Assembly (NCBI GenBank): GCA_051294375.1
Contig: CM119266.1
Coordinates: 3,352,030-3,416,029, forward strand
Direction: 5' to 3'
Length of the DNA: 64,000 bases
From: Paraspadella gotoi
Taxonomy: Eukaryota; Animalia; Chaetognatha
The position numbers and the translations under genes were made by a program. This document shows, one piece after another, positions 36,318 to 52,306 of the stretch (positions are counted from its first letter, which is position 1; the number at the start of each line of letters is the position of its first letter). The notes beneath the pieces were generated by a model that saw nothing but the letters and a program-made list of their open reading frames with translations, was not told the origin of the DNA and ran no database searches.

Positions 36318-39138
36318 NNNNNNNNNNNNNNNNNNNNNNNNNNNNNNNNNNNNNNNNNNNNNNNNNNNNNNNNNNNNNNNNNNNNNNNNNNNNNNNNNNN
36401 NNNNNNNNNNNNNNNNNNNNNNNNNNNNNNNNNNNNNNNNNNNNNNNNNNNNNNNNNNNNNNNNNNNNNNNNNNNNNNNNNNNNNNNNNNNNNNNNNNNN
36501 NNNNNNNNNNNNNNNNNNNNNNNNNNNNNNNNNNNNNNNNNNNNNNNNNNNNNNNNNNNNNNNNNNNNNNNNNNNNNNNNNNNNNNNNNNNNNNNNNNNN
36601 NNNNNNNNNNNNNNNNNNNNNNNNNNNNNNNNNNNNNNNNNNNNNNNNNNCCTCCGGATCTTGATCTTGATCGAGGCCGTTCCATTTACTTTTCGGATTG
36701 TCTTTTCTAAAACTATTGTAAACTATCTCTTTAGGATTCTAGACTTCTTTCACACGAACGAATTTTGATGGAGGCCTTAAAACCGACCATACGCTCTGTC
36801 TCAATTCGTCAGGGGCACAGATTAGCTTACTTTTACTTAAATGAATGGGATAATTCTTTTATATTGGTTGTACCCAATTTCTCAATTCCAAAAGTTTGGA
36901 ATTAGGGGCGGTTCCTATTTCTCCGGAAACATCATCGTGATCGGCCCCGCTCTCTCCTCCCCCGCCCCTCCCCACCCCCGGCTTGGGGTAATTATAGCAA
37001 GGCACGGAGAAGTGCTCTTTTCTTAAAAAAGCTGGAAAGGGTAGATCGCTCTTGGGCAGCTTCAGATTTTCAACACTTACTTCTCTCTTAAACCATTTCT
37101 CGATGATAATTCAACGTGAGTCATCCACGATGGTTTTCGTCGGTTTAAGATACGTGAAAAAAAAATTTTGTTTACTCGATTGTGAACACGTGATGGATTC
37201 GAGCCTCTTATGAAAAATTACAGTCATTTTTTTTTCTCTCAGCGTAACGCACACATCACACCCCTCGCTATCATCGCTTCGTATCTTAACCAAAAACATC
37301 TTTGCTTACTTCATACTCAATACTCTTCCTCACCATTTCTTTCCTCCTTCTTTCCCCGTAACGTCTGTGTTTTTCCCCACCCACACCCTAACCAGTAACA
37401 CACCCTCTCTCTCCATCTCATCCTCCTTCTTACTCTCTAACTCTCGTCTCCCTCTCTATCTGAGGATTCGCCTCGGCCGGATTGAGCCTTCGAATCGTTC
37501 GTCGAAGTCGACCGCCGTTCCAATACCACGAATCCGATAAAATTATTTAATTTTTTTTCCGTTTTTTTTTCCTATTCATTTTGGTTTTTCCGTTTTTTTT
37601 TTTAAACTTCCCCTTTTTTATCATTAAATTATTTTTTTTCCCCAAACGCGTTGCTTGTTTGAATCGTCATCGGTATTTTTGTTAGTAACATCTATCGTTG
37701 AAATCCCTCTTTCGATCCAATATTAATTGTTCAAAACAATCAGTCAATCTCTTTCCCATATTGACACAATGTTTTGCTACTTGTTACGATTTTCAACTCG
37801 GCCCGCTTTTTTTCACATCCTTAGGTCCATTCATTTTTCATCCACTAACCCCCTCACCACCCTCTTCTACCCTCCTACCACCCTCACCAACCTTAATGAT
37901 CTCACTCCGTCTGCACCCACCCTCGTTACCACCCTGCACCACCCTGTCTAACCACCTCTAACCACCGTCTGCCACAACCTTCCTCCTTCGAATTTTAATA
38001 AAATTCTCTGTAAAAAACCGAGAGCAGTTCCCACTTTCCACTACTCTGACCTCAACAGACATCGCCCCTTCCAATATTCACATCTGGCCCAACTCGCTCC
38101 AGCAGTTAACCCCGCCCCTTTGTTCCAAATACTGCCGCCCCCTCGCTCCTTCCAAACAATCACAGCCAACGTTCAAATCAAACAATCCTTCCGACTCGCT
38201 CAACATTCCCCTCCCCTTCGCTCCAACACCTATCCCGCTTTCTCACCGTTTGCTTTTCCTTTTGTGTTTCTTTGTCCGGACGAGTTGATGTACTGGTTGA
38301 TGTTGAGCCAAAGGAGCCGTGACTCTGTAATGATTGGGCGCGAGAGGAGAGTCGAAAGTGTCCGGTTGGGCTTGAAGAAGCATCACCCTGAATGAGTACA
38401 CTCAAATTTCATTTGTTACAGTTACTCACCGATACTTATACACTGCGCCCAAAAAAAGGTAGCTCTCCTCTTTCACAGCTTAACATTAAACTATCGTATA
38501 ACATATTTTTATTAAACCGTTTTTTTTTTCAGCGAATCAAAGCTTGTTGTTTATATATATATATATATGTGTGTGTGTATAAATCTCTTATGATTTTGTA
38601 AGGGATATTACCATTAAATAAAATTTAATTTTGCTATACCCCTGTTTATGCTAAATTTTTTTACAGAAACTGTGCGACATAATATAATATAAACCATTAG
38701 AGTGGAGGGATCGAAAAAATTAAGTCTATCATTGGGCATTCTTAATAAAATGTTATAAATGATTTTGTTCTCTCTCTCTTGTCCTGTGTCCTCTCTCTGT
38801 CTCTCTCATCTGTCTCTCTTTGTGTTCTCTTTGTGTCTCTATGTCTCTCATTCTCTGTGTCTCTCCTCTCTCTTTGTCTTCTCTCTCTCCCCCATCTCTC
38901 TCTCTCTGCTTTTAAAGCCCTCAAGTCCTAAAGCCGCAGTAATTAATATTGTCTATTTTCTATTTCTCTCTCTCTCTGTCTCCCCTCTCTGTGTCTCTAT
39001 CTGTGTCTGCTTTTTTTTTTGTCTTACTCTGTCTTCTCTCCGTGTCTCTCTCGGTCTCTCTTTCTCTCCCTCCAGCTTTTGAGTGGGAAGGTTTTAATTT
39101 GGCATAATGTCGCCTCCGCGCTCACTCTCTCTCTCTTT

Positions 39139-39190
<52 letters not shown>

Positions 39191-39688
39191 CGTTGCCACC
39201 CGAAAACCACGTTTTCCATCCGACGACCGAAACAATTCCGATGATGAAGAGGGCGACGGCCGACGCCGACGGACGCCGACGACGACGACGACGACGGAAA
39301 CCCGAGAGACTCGAGCGACGGTGGCCGACTTTCGAGTCGACACAAGGATATAACGAAAGCGAAAAATGCCGGCGAACGACGACGAACGATGACGTGCTTT
39401 TCGTGCCACGACGGGTCACATGGCAGCGCCATCAATCGCCGAAAAGAAATGACGACGTGACAATAGAATCGGGTTACGAAAGGACTTGAAACGTGACGAA
39501 TGATCGAATCAAAAAAGAATCAGGTGCCAAAGCCGTTCGTGACAAAGGCGTCATTTGACCTGATATTGGCCGACAAAGAATCTTAGGGGATGGCATGGGA
39601 AGACGCGACGAGGCAGTTGAACATCCAATGTTCCAGGGCGGGGGGAAGGTCGCCGCCGCTCGGTCGTTGGTTCGACTTGTCGATCGAG

Positions 39689-39789
<101 letters not shown>

Positions 39790-40515
39790 CGTGGAAAGTG
39801 GCGTCCGAAAAAAATTGGTTCTTCCGTTGCCCGTCAGAGGCGAAGAATGATTAAAGTGAATCATTGTTGCTGTTGTCGTTGTTGTTGACGCTGTTATTGT
39901 TGTAGTTATTGACGGAGAAACCCTCATCAGCTTATGGAATCAAGACTCTGCGGATTAAAAATCTTGTCGTCGTCTTCTTCTTCATATTAGATTGATTCGA
40001 GCCACCGTTGGTGCCTCGTTGTTATTGTTATTCTCTGTCCTTATTCGCGTTATTTATCGTCTTGCAGCTCTTATTCACGTCAGAGTCTTTGAAGTGCGCT
40101 GACAATCGGAGGGACGACGAACACTTGCGTTGGAACAGGATGGGAGCCTTTGGGGGGGGGAACTGAGAAATAAGAAATAATGGAAGAGGGAAGAAAGAAA
40201 TGCTGTAGAAAGGAAATAGTGAACTCGGAGGCCTGGATGAGAATGACTTATAGGCATCATTGAGTTACTTATCTAAAAGTGCAATAGACTAAGTCTAAGT
40301 AAAATTGTGTTAAAGATAATCTTTGAATCTAGTGGGCCTTTAATTCAGTGGGCCTCCAATGTTCATTTAGGGGTTGTCACGTCGTTTTTTAGTCATGAAT
40401 TAAGGAAACCAAAACTCTCTCACGATTGTAAATTGATTGTGATTTAGCTCTAAATTTCATTCTCATACACAAATTATTTTTTTAGAGAAAAAAAAACGGT
40501 AAAAAAAATTTAAAG

Positions 40516-43372
40516 ATGGAAATTTTTACTCATCTCAATGGTTTTTACTAATGAGTCTCCATGTCTTGGACCTTTTGTCAGACTTTCGGCACGATTGTAT
40601 GCATCTGTCTTCAGCACAGTCAAAACTTTAGCGATCATTGGGTTGGGTACTCGGTCTTATCTTAGCAACACCATGCTTTAGTCTCCTGTTTTAAGCATTC
40701 CGTTTGTCTGGAGATTCTCGGCTAAGTATCCGACTTTGACCAAAGATTGTTGGCGTCGCTCAGCGACATTGGTCTCTCATTGATGGGACTTGCTGTGGTT
40801 CCCATCTCGATCGACCCTTTTACCAGGAAAAGGCACATGAGCGGAGTTGGAGTTCATTATACTCAAAGGTATGATTACAATATATTTCAAGTATCTTAGC
40901 TATAAGTGGTAAAAAAGGTTTGTTTAGTGCTGGAAAATTCATATCAATAAACCTAAAAATTACTAAATATCTTGAGGCATAATTTTCAATAAATTTTTAA
41001 ATCATTTAAAAATTATTGTCACAAATATTTCCATACAGAAAAATTTGCGGGAGACTCGATTATCCATATCTTCCTCGAGTCATTTCCCCCAACTGGTTGT
41101 CCAGACAGCATCAAGCCGTCCTTGTCCTGGATGGAGAAATTAAACAATCTGCATGCCAAAAAACTCATAAAGCCATTTACGCTCTTCACGAATCGGTTTA
41201 GACTCAAAGAGAACGGATCTGTGGTGAAAAATGATTCACCTTGAATGTGTTTTTGCTTCTAAAGGTTTGTTTGTGAGCCGTTTTTTACTGTTGTTGTTAT
41301 TTTCAATTGATTTAATTGTTGTTCCAAGGTTGATTGTTTTAATTATTTAATTTTATAAATTCTTTTTCAGTTGTGTCTCTTTTGTTGTTTCGTTTCTCGT
41401 AGTTGTATGCTGAGTATAGGTGGATTTGGAACTGTTATCTTTATGTTTTGAAAGGGTATTTTATGGGTCTAGTTTTTGATCACAATCTGTTCCTGGCCAA
41501 TTACTAATCACTTATTCTGGCATCCATGGCGTTGTCGACTTTGAGTATTGCATCGGCCCTGTCAAATTTAGGATAGAGAACCTAAATTGCAACAGGTATG
41601 TTTAGTCATATGCCTAAATGGGAACTTGAGCCAACATAAATAAATCTTTTCCCTTGGAACCCCAGCTCAAACCATATGCGACTCCTCAAACTATATTCAA
41701 TCATTAGCATCATCCTGGGCACCTTTGGAATGCCATCGCAACCTTTTGATTTAATGAGGCGGTCCTCAACCTCAACCCGGTTTTCTTCTTCTTTTCATCT
41801 TTTAATCCCCTTGAGGGCTTTTACCGCTGGAGAAGCCTTGTGGTCTACTTAAAAATTTAGGAAGCGGCTGTGGACTCTCAGAGGGAAGACTCCTCTATAG
41901 AGCCCACTGCATGAGTATAGGTCTTCATCTGCTTCTGCTTCCCGCCATCAATGTCCTACTTTACTCTTTTATCTTTTTGTTGAAAAAACCCATGCATTAA
42001 TTGATGATATTACGTAAAAGACTGGGGTTTGCAGAATTTGGTGAATGATGCTCCGCAATGTTGTCTTTCTACAAAACTAGAAAATATAAGAACGCACCCT
42101 ATTATTTTAACAACAAAAGGAATTATCAATGGGCGTCTGTGGAAAAAAGCCGTTTTCCCGGCAACTGTTACCCTTTTTCTACTAACGACCAACTTTTACC
42201 AGAAGGGTACTTCTTTCTTCAGTTTATCACTTGGGCAACTATTTAATCTTTGCATCACATCATGATAACATATTTGAATTTTTATCTGGTCGAAATCGTT
42301 TTTGGGAACTCTAAATAGCCTTCTCCTCTTGTATGTTTCAAAACAGCATAAAAAAATATCTAATGTTTTATTAAAGTCTTCATTTTTGACAATGATAATA
42401 TATTTAAACATCACATGCTGCAATAAAATTAATAAATCTTAAAGCCTGTTTTGTAGTCATACCATTACCAAAATGTGAAAAAGTGCCATATTTGGGCAAA
42501 TGCGATATTGAAATATCCCACGTAACCACGACAGTAGTGAGAAAGCAGCTATTGAATCGTTGTGGTCATGTATGCATATGGCAATTTAATTTCAGCTTTA
42601 TGTCCTGTCTTCTGGTACTTACTTTTTTCTTTCAACTCCAAAAATTATTTTACAAACCACAGTAGTTAAACATATATCAAAAACTGTTTGCATTATTTTA
42701 GGACTTAGTGTTTTTATTTTTAAACTTTCGAGAATCATATAATGAAATACATTATGGAAGAGTATAAGAATATTGTAAAACTGTATTAGAAATGAAGAAT
42801 CTTTGGCGTCTATTCTTCAGACCCTTATCACCATTTCTGTGGCCTATTGTGGGCAAAGCAAAAAATTCATTTTTAATGTTTGGTTTTTTCCATTGTATCA
42901 TTTTTTATTTAATTTTAAATTTAATTCTCGAGAAATTAAATGGATCTAAAAAGAATTTTGCAAAAATTATGGTGGTTTCTTTTGGTTTGTAATTTACGGG
43001 CTATTATTTATATATTTACGTCATTTTCAACAAAGAACGAATTATTTGAATCAATATTCAGATTTTGATAATTTGATTGCTTACTTGATTTTTTCCGATA
43101 TTTAAGAACGGTCCCATCAGTTTACCTATTCCCCAAGCTTATCAAAGTGACAACGTCTCTAGCCAGCGGAAAGTTTGTTTTTGCTTACAACAAAATGAAA
43201 TAAAAGACTAAAAAATAAAAATATTAGTAAAGTTATAACATTATGATACTCACATATTGAATTTCTTTGAAAATATGACAGACGCCGTGGTTCAAAAATG
43301 TTTTGAAAAATGTCAATTATTTGTATTAGTTATTTTTGTACTTCCAATAATGCTAATTCTAACACAATTAAT
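40516..43372 (+). pseudogene. Frameshift-riddled duplicate of the XK-related gene (probably sequencing error rather than decay)
   Basis: Near-identical to 15473-18337 apart from dozens of 1-nt indels and few substitutions. Confidence 0.6.
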
Positions 43373-45617
43373 AAAAAATTAAAACTAGAAATCTTTAAAA
43401 GAATTTTTTTATAATATTTGATATAGTCCTTGGAGTTAGGAATAAATTTGACTATATTGTTTTAAAAAATCAATTAAAATAATTTTTAATTTTTCTAGAA
43501 ATAATCAACTTCCTAACAATGATGAATAGATTTTTAACATACCAATTTATTGGATCACAAAGTTTAATATACATCTTCTCATTTTCTATCTTAATGAACA
43601 AATCTTTATCTTTACGTGTTTAACACCGTTTCTAATATATTTTTAAATTACATTTTTAGATTGACATTTTTTTTCCTAATTTTGAAAAGGTTTTTAAAAA
43701 AAATGACTCAAAATTATCAAACTTTGTCGAACAACTAGGAGGGTTGCGGTCTTAGGGTGGAGTGATGAAAAGATTGAGCGATTGAACATATTTTTTGCTG
43801 CCTATGCACATGTATTTAATGAATTTTTATCATTAAAATTTTATTAAGCATAACAGTATAGTAAATTCATTATTTATTTAGTAATATCCCTTTTAAAATC
43901 ATAAAATTTCAAAATAATTTTTTTTTATTTTTAAGAACAGATTTGGATTCGCTTGTAAAAAAAAATAAGAAACTTATAAAATATGTTGTAATGATATTTT
44001 AAGTTTAGACCACCAAAAAATAAACTAAAAACCTTTTAACATATATAAGTTTCTACTACTATTTTTAATTTTGCTTTTAAAGAATTTACTATTTTATAAG
44101 AAACTTGCTACAGATACTATTGTATTTTACATTCTGTTTCCGAGAACAAAATAAAAAAATATTTGTTTTATTACGTCTAAAATCCTTGTTTGATCACTAA
44201 TATTTTTTTTTATTTTTAAGTACTCCACTCTATTGGGTAATATTATTAATTCATCAACAATTTTATTGAATTTATTTAAATTTTAGTTATTATTTGGAAT
44301 CTTCTTATATGTAACATGGAGGTTTCACTAATCTCTCTGTTATTTTCTGTGGGTCTTTATGTCTTAAAACACTTTATCTGACATTCAAACATAATACATC
44401 TGACGACAGAAACTTTTAGGATTATTGTTGGGTTATTTGGGTTCATCTTGGTCAATCATACTTTGTCTCCTGTTTATATAGCATTCATTTGGAGGTTTTG
44501 GGGAGAGTCTACTATTTTAACAAAGAATCCTTTACGATGGTCATTGACAAAAGGATCTGTCATATGGACTTGCATTGTGCCCCATCAATGATTGATATTT
44601 ACTTGGAAAATTGAAAGACTATGCAGATCGAATAAATTTCAACCTCATAGGTGAGCTAATGTTAGATTTGTTGCATTAGTCCATGAATCAGTTGGATCAC
44701 CATGGTACATGTATATTGTATAACATCAAGGAAAGCTAAGAAAACAAATTGAGCTTTTATTATAATTTTATTCAAGTTAGTCTAATCAGCTCTTATGTAT
44801 ATTTTTATTTTCCAAATCAACTAAAATTAAATGTTTCTGGCACTTCACAGAGAGGCAACGCAGAGAGACTCATTTGATTCACATTGTGCAGGAGTCATTT
44901 CCCCAGCTCGTTGTCCGGACAGCATTGGCCGTCCTCTCCTTGACTGAAAGTAGAGAGATTTGTTACCGAAGTACCAAAAGTTTAGTACAATATTTTAGAA
45001 CAGTTTAACTTTAAACTAACAACTTTCAAACTGAATAATATGATATCAAAATTTAAATTTTACCTCAAACAAATGTTTACCTCCAAATATTTTTTGGTAT
45101 GAATTTTCTTTTCAATATTATTTACTGCAATATGCATTTTAGATATAGTATATTATATTTATATATATAAATATATAGTAGAGTAATTATATATAATATA
45201 TACTAAATTTTTATATTTATAGAAAGTAATTGCATATTGAAGTAAATCATAATATTAATAAGAAAGAATTCAAACAAAAAATACTTTGATTGCATATGAA
45301 ACATAACAATTGTAAAAATGTAAAAATGAAAAAGCCATATCTAAATTTTTAACTATTGCACACTTTTATAAAATCTATCCGTAAATTTGTAGTAGTTTTT
45401 ATTTAACATCGATGTTAAAATAAAACAAAAAAAAAACTCATAAGGAAAAAGCGTGACGCCGACGACAACGAACGAAGTTCACAAAGAACGAAAACGATCA
45501 AAATCGTCTGGCGGAGAAAAAAAAGAAATAAAAAAGAAATAAAAAAAGAATGTTTTTGTTTATTTTTTCATGTCCACGATGACGCGAGTTGCGGGGCGAT
45601 AACGGAAAAACGTGGGA

Positions 45618-45654
<37 letters not shown>

Positions 45655-46024
45655 AGAGAGAGAGAGAGAGAGGGGAGAGTATTTAGAGTCTCAGAAGATA
45701 TTTGCTTCACATTTATTCTTAAAAAAATCAGACGACCTTTCCTTTTTCCACCAAACAAGCTTACTCCCTCCAATGGTTGCTTGCTCGTAACCTCGGCAGG
45801 GAGTGTTCCGCTTGTCCAGAGAGTTGGAGGCGAGACTTCCGGCGACTTTGTTTTTGAAGCTGTTGTTGAGGATCGTTGAGGGATGTCGACCTGAGAGAGG
45901 AAGGGAGGCCGAAGAGGTTGTGGAAGGGGTGAGCCCGTTAGGGTCAGAAGAGAAAGCCGATGGGTGGAGAAAAAGGTTAATATATACTAAGTGTGTAGAG
46001 AATTGAAGAACAAAAATTTATTTG

Positions 46025-46107
<83 letters not shown>

Positions 46108-46492
46108 TACATAGACTTGTTAGTTTTCCTTTCTTTTTCGTTTGGTGTATGATTTAGAGACAGAAAAAAAATTGATTTTCAAAACGAATTGTTTTATTAA
46201 AGATGCAGACATGTTTCGAATAATTGTTTGTTCATCATCAGTGCATTTAGACAATTTGAAATACAAAACTTTGCAAGTCCGGAAAATTGAGAGAGAGAGA
46301 GAGAGAGAGATGCAGAGAGAAAAGAGAGGAGAGAGAGAGAGAGAGAAAAGAGAGAGTGAAGAGAGCGGTAGAAAAACCCAAGGGCGACAGGAGAAAAAAT
46401 GTCTCGGCGCAAATTTTGAAAATGGTCCTGGAAAATTTGGAACATGAAAGCCCGTGTTCAAAGTGGCCCAGCTGTGTACAAGGCATTAGCGG

Positions 46493-46539
<47 letters not shown>

Positions 46540-48372
46540 AGAGGAGAGCAGAGAGAGAGAGAGCTTCCAACCAAAGGGTTGAGAGAAAGTGAACAGTCAG
46601 AGGGCGAGAACAGCTGAAAGTTTTGTTCAGATAGAGAGAGAGATAGAGGAGGGAATAGAAAATAAAGTCAAATGAGAAAATAATGCAGAGGTAATGAATT
46701 TTACATTGAAATAATAAAACTAAAAAGTAAAATAATAATAACAACAGTGAAATAAATAATAGTTTTGTAATTTTTAATAATGAAAGGAAAATTGAAATTT
46801 GTAAGTAAAAGGAGAAAGGTAAAGAAAGAAGCTCAAAGTGAGCAAAAAATGTTCGAAACATGTCTGCCCTCTTTAATAAACAAGAGAACAGCTTTTAAAC
46901 CTCAGATTCTCTGATAATGTTCATAATTGCCGGGCACAACCCCCCCCATTCCAACCCTGGCCCCCCAATTTCCGCCACCCCAACCCCCCTGGCCAGTGGC
47001 AACACAACCTGGTTTGGGGTCGGCGAGTTCGTCCGGCGCCGAATCCTGGCGCCGCAATTTCCGTCGGCGCGATCCGGCACGCAACACGACGGCGCTGACG
47101 ACGCGATGACGAAGAGGACGACGCTGACCAGCCACGACGATGACGAGCAACTTGTGTTCCTGAAGGAAGATGGATTAGAAATTAGAATTTGGATTAGAAT
47201 TTTGAATTATTTGGATAATTTTTATATAGATCTAGCCAAAATTTTAATTAGTTATAATTATCATTAAATGACGATCTTGGATCTTATGTTCTCTCCGTCT
47301 CCGCTCTCTCTCTCTCTTTTCTTCCTTTGCTCTGACTCTTAACTAATTCATTTGGCCCTGAAAGATATGTGTCCAAAGATCCAAAATAGTTGGGTCATTT
47401 TAATATAACATTGTACCTGTACTTCCCATGTGTAATCTTTTAACTAATTATCGTTATTAGTTATAACTACTATTATTAGTTATATATGGTTATTTATTAG
47501 TTTTAATTATTCTACTATTATTAAATCCAAGGTAAATATTCTCGCGAAAAGATACGGTCACGTTCTCTCTCTTGGTCTTGTTTCTTACATCTTGTTTTAC
47601 GCAGCAACGGCACGACGTATTGTTAGCTTTCTATTCAAGTATTACATATTAAATTAATTTTAATTTTAATCATTAGTCGTCATTAATTTTATTTGATATT
47701 CAATATGATATCCTTAGCATTAATTATACCTCCAAGACAGGTAAAAAAGACGAAGACGAGAAAAAACGTTTTCAATTCTTCGGATCTTGATCTCGCCTCC
47801 AGTTTTGCTTTCAGCTTTCGCCTCCGCCCATGGCGCTGTGTTTGTTGTTTTTGTTGTGTTGTTGTTGTTACCGTCAGCGATGGTGAAAGCAAAAAGTAAG
47901 AAAGAAAAAATCCAAGACGAAGGAACGAAAAACTGACTTCATCGTATCGCGACGATTTCACTGTACTTTGTGGGCGACGTTCGTAAAATTTGTTGATATA
48001 ATACAAACTGCATACACTTAAGTCATTAACATTGTTTTTTTTTTCTTTTTTCAGCTTATATGTGTCATGGTTTTTTCGTGTTTTTTTTTTTAATGTGGAG
48101 AAAATGTTTTAGAAACAAAAAAATCCTTAAACGAGGATTTAACTCAAATTTTAAGACATTTTTTTTTTGTTTAAGTTCAAATTTATCTTTCTTCCCTTTT
48201 TTTTGTAATTCGATTTGTATCTTTTCCTTGAAAAGTATATTATTTGTTTTGTTTTTTTTTTTATCTTTTCTTCTTTCGTGAGAAAACTCGCGTGATTTCG
48301 TTTATCCTTCGTGTTTTTGTGAATCCGCGAGATTAACATTGGCGGCCGTGAGTAAGAGAACGAGAACGAGAG

Positions 48373-48403
<31 letters not shown>

Positions 48404-48781
48404 CGAGAGAGAGAGAGCCGAAATAGTGAGAACAGAGGCTGACAAGAAAAGTCACGGGGCAGAAAAGCACCGAACTTCGTCGTTCGTTTTCGTCGTCGTC
48501 GTTCATCATTCATCGACGTCGTTATCCTTGACGAGGTCGTCGTGTCGTCGTCGTCGTCCGTCGTCGTCGTCGTCATCCTCCCCTCAAAAGGTCCGTCCGC
48601 GGGGGACTCGGGGCGTGAAGGAAATACGGTGAATTGTAACCGGTCATGAATGGATGAAAATGGACGAAATGGACGGAAAATGGACGAACTGAGCAGAAAA
48701 AAGGGATAAAAAAGAGGGAATGCGATGACGACCTGGAAACGAAAAAAGGGAAAAGGTGGGATGTTTGCTGAGTTATGAGAG

Positions 48782-48831
<50 letters not shown>

Positions 48832-49033
48832 ACAGAGAGAGAGATAGAAGAAGCTTCGATTTATGCTACCTTCACGTGTTCTCGTTCGTGGATTTTCATT
48901 CATGAGCTCATATCTTTTTTTTTAAGATCAGAAAGACAAATGAGAAGGAATGAATGAATGAACAAAGAAAGGAAATTGAGAAAAAGTGAATGAGTGAATG
49001 ACCGAGAGAGAAAGAGAGAGAGAGAGAGAGAAG

Positions 49034-49097
<64 letters not shown>

Positions 49098-49149
49098 TTG
49101 AGGAAAAATTGGCCGATCGTACGCAAGGTAAACATCCACAATTTAACGC

Positions 49150-49189
<40 letters not shown>

Positions 49190-49308
49190 GAGAGAGAGAG
49201 AGAAGAGAGAGAGAGAAAGGATTAAACTTTGAAAACAATAGTAACCCCCATATTTTTTTCACAAAAATATTCTAACTCTTATATTCTGCTTGAAGAAGGA
49301 TAAAAGCT

Positions 49309-49344
<36 letters not shown>

Positions 49345-49669
49345 CTTCTCTCTCTCTCTTTTCTCTCTCTCATTTTCACAAAGCCTCCACTTTCTTATTC
49401 TTTCTTCAATTCCTGAATTTGTTTCGACTTAAAAAAAAAAAAAGGAAAAAGAAAGTAAAATCCTGACCCAAATTTTGGTCTCTTTTTCCTCATTTTTTTC
49501 TTTAGGGATTCAGATCGTGAAACCGGAATCTTTGTTTATTCTCGAACGATCACGTGACAGCTTTTGGTCATGTGACCGTCTCGATCCTGAGTGTCAAAAA
49601 TCTGGATTTTTAATAGGGCGAGGTCAATGTCAATGTGGACGACACATCGACGGTCGGAACTCTCTTTCT

Positions 49670-49705
<36 letters not shown>

Positions 49706-49897
49706 CCCTCCTCCTATCTTTTTCTCTCTCTTCCTCGATCTTGATCTTGATCGAGGCCGTTCCATTTACTTTTCGGATTGTCTTTTCTAAAACTATTGTA
49801 AACTATCTCTTTAGGATTTCTAGACTTCTTTCACACGAACGAATTTTGTAGGTTTTAAGTTTTTGAAATTGTTTAGTTTCAATTTTAAAGTGGAGAA

Positions 49898-49946
<49 letters not shown>

Positions 49947-50359
49947 TCACTCTCTTCAATAAGATGATCCGCATTTATAACGACCCAAAGAATTCAACTT
50001 CTTACAACCGCCCTATCCTCCTCCTCCTCCTCCTCCTCCTCTTCTTCTTCCTCTANNNNNNNNNNNNNNNNNNNNNNNNNCTTCTTCTTCTTCTTCTTCG
50101 GCCTCTTTCACATCGTGACAGCCACCAGGGGTGAGACCCAAATTAAACACGATAAAAAGTGAAACTCTTCACGCGAAAGTTTTCGCTTCATTGTGAGATT
50201 AAAACGTTTGATCTATTTTCTTTAGGGACTTTAAAATTTCGCTTTTGTATTTAGATGCAGGATGTATTAATTAACTTATTAATTATTTAATCAATCAATT
50301 TATTTATCAATCAATAAATCAATAAATCAATAAATCAATAAATCAATCAATCAACCAAT

Positions 50360-50390
<31 letters not shown>

Positions 50391-50715
50391 AGTCAATCGT
50401 TATCGGCATTAATGTCGTCGTCGCCATCATCTTCGTCATTGCTTTTGTCGTGGTTAGTGACAAAAAGACCAAAAAATAAACATTTCGGATCAAATTGTTT
50501 GCTCAAACTTGTTTAAGTTTAATTAAAAAAACATATTATAACTGAATCAAACCTCAATATAGTTTGTTTCGCTTGTTATTAACATTATATTCTGTTTTCG
50601 ATTTTGCCGAGATTTGACACTTGGTTGACCCCAGATTTGACCTTCCCCTGACCTCACGGTAAATTCCGTTTCTGACCCAGACTTTTTTTGTTCGAGCGGA
50701 TCAGAGCTGGCGCCG

Positions 50716-50747
<32 letters not shown>

Positions 50748-52219
50748 ATCTCGAGGTGATTTCGATAAAAACAACGACGACGACGATACGTAAAATACGA
50801 TACGTATGTAGTAACTAGTAACTAAACTTTGACATATTTTTATGAACTTATTCTTAAAGATCACTAAATGGATATCACAATAAGAACAGCAAATGACTAG
50901 TGATGCGATGTTGAATTTACTGGAAGTCTTCTCGTCTAATTCTAAACAACGAATGGAAACAAATTCTCAACTCGTGTAATGAATAATATTACGGGACAGT
51001 TGACCCCATCGCTAGCAGCAGTATCTGTCAGCAGTATCTTCCAGCAGTATCTCTCAAGCCCTTTACCACTGGATTCAAAATTCAGGAACTAAGTTGTTCA
51101 AAAGACGGGAAATTCTTCCGGAACAATAGATACATGGTGACAGTTTTACAAGCGCCGCTAAAAAAACGCTGTCATTTGCAAACCCTTGAATATTTTTTCA
51201 ATGTTAAATATGAATTTAAAAGTGAAAACCCAAACTATTTATATATGCAAATTTTATCAGAATCGACTTTGATATGCCTCAGTAACGATAGCTTGGCTCC
51301 CCTTTAAATTAGGTAATATAATATTTTGTAAATGTTTTAAACTGAAACTGTGAAGTTGTGTGATAAAGCAACCCGTCTGAACCATCTTCCTAACCAGTCT
51401 TAGCCGTCGGGCCCTCCCTTACCCCCCGCATTTTGAGGCCATCTCCCCTTTCTCCCATCCCGATTTAGACCACACTGAGCCCCACCTCGGCTTTTGGTCG
51501 CTTGAAGCTTAAATCCTAGACTCACCCAGTCGCCTTCTCTTCAATTCTTTACGCTTCACTTACTTTCTAATCTGTGAATCACCCAGTTTTTGCTCTCTCT
51601 CTCTCTGCTCTCTCTCTCTCTTAAACCTTGCGTGAGCAAGAAAGGGCAGAAGGGAAAGAGAGAGAGAGAGAGAGAGAGAGACAGGGAGAGAGAGAGACAG
51701 GGAGAGAAGGAGAGAGGGATTGAAAAAGAGTCAGGGAGAGGGAGAGCGAGAGAGAGACTTGCTTCACTTTTTTCAGAAGTTGCTCCCGATGGGAAAATCT
51801 TTGTACGGAAGAGAAGGAAAGAAAAAACCGTAGGCGATTTCCTTGAGAAAGGAAGTGAAGTAAAAAGAGAGGTTGAGGAAAGATTTGAGGAAAAGAGAAG
51901 TAAAACAAAAAGAGAGGTTGAGTAAAGATTTTAGGAAAAGAGAAGTAAAACAAAGAGAGAGGTTTAAGAAAGGAAGAGCAATAGTTGAGAAAATCTCTGA
52001 AACAAAAATCTCTTAACCAAAGAAGTGATGGAGAAAGGAACATAAAAAAGCGAGAAACGAATTCTGTAGAAAATTGGCGAGACTCATTACAGTATTATAC
52101 TATATTATACTATACTGTATCATACTGTCCTATAAGAAGAATTAATCGACGTAGTTAAGCAAAGTCGAATTTGTTTTGAAGTCTGAAAAATGAGCTCAGC
52201 TGAGCGAGGATTGACTTTT

Positions 52220-52306
<87 letters not shown>
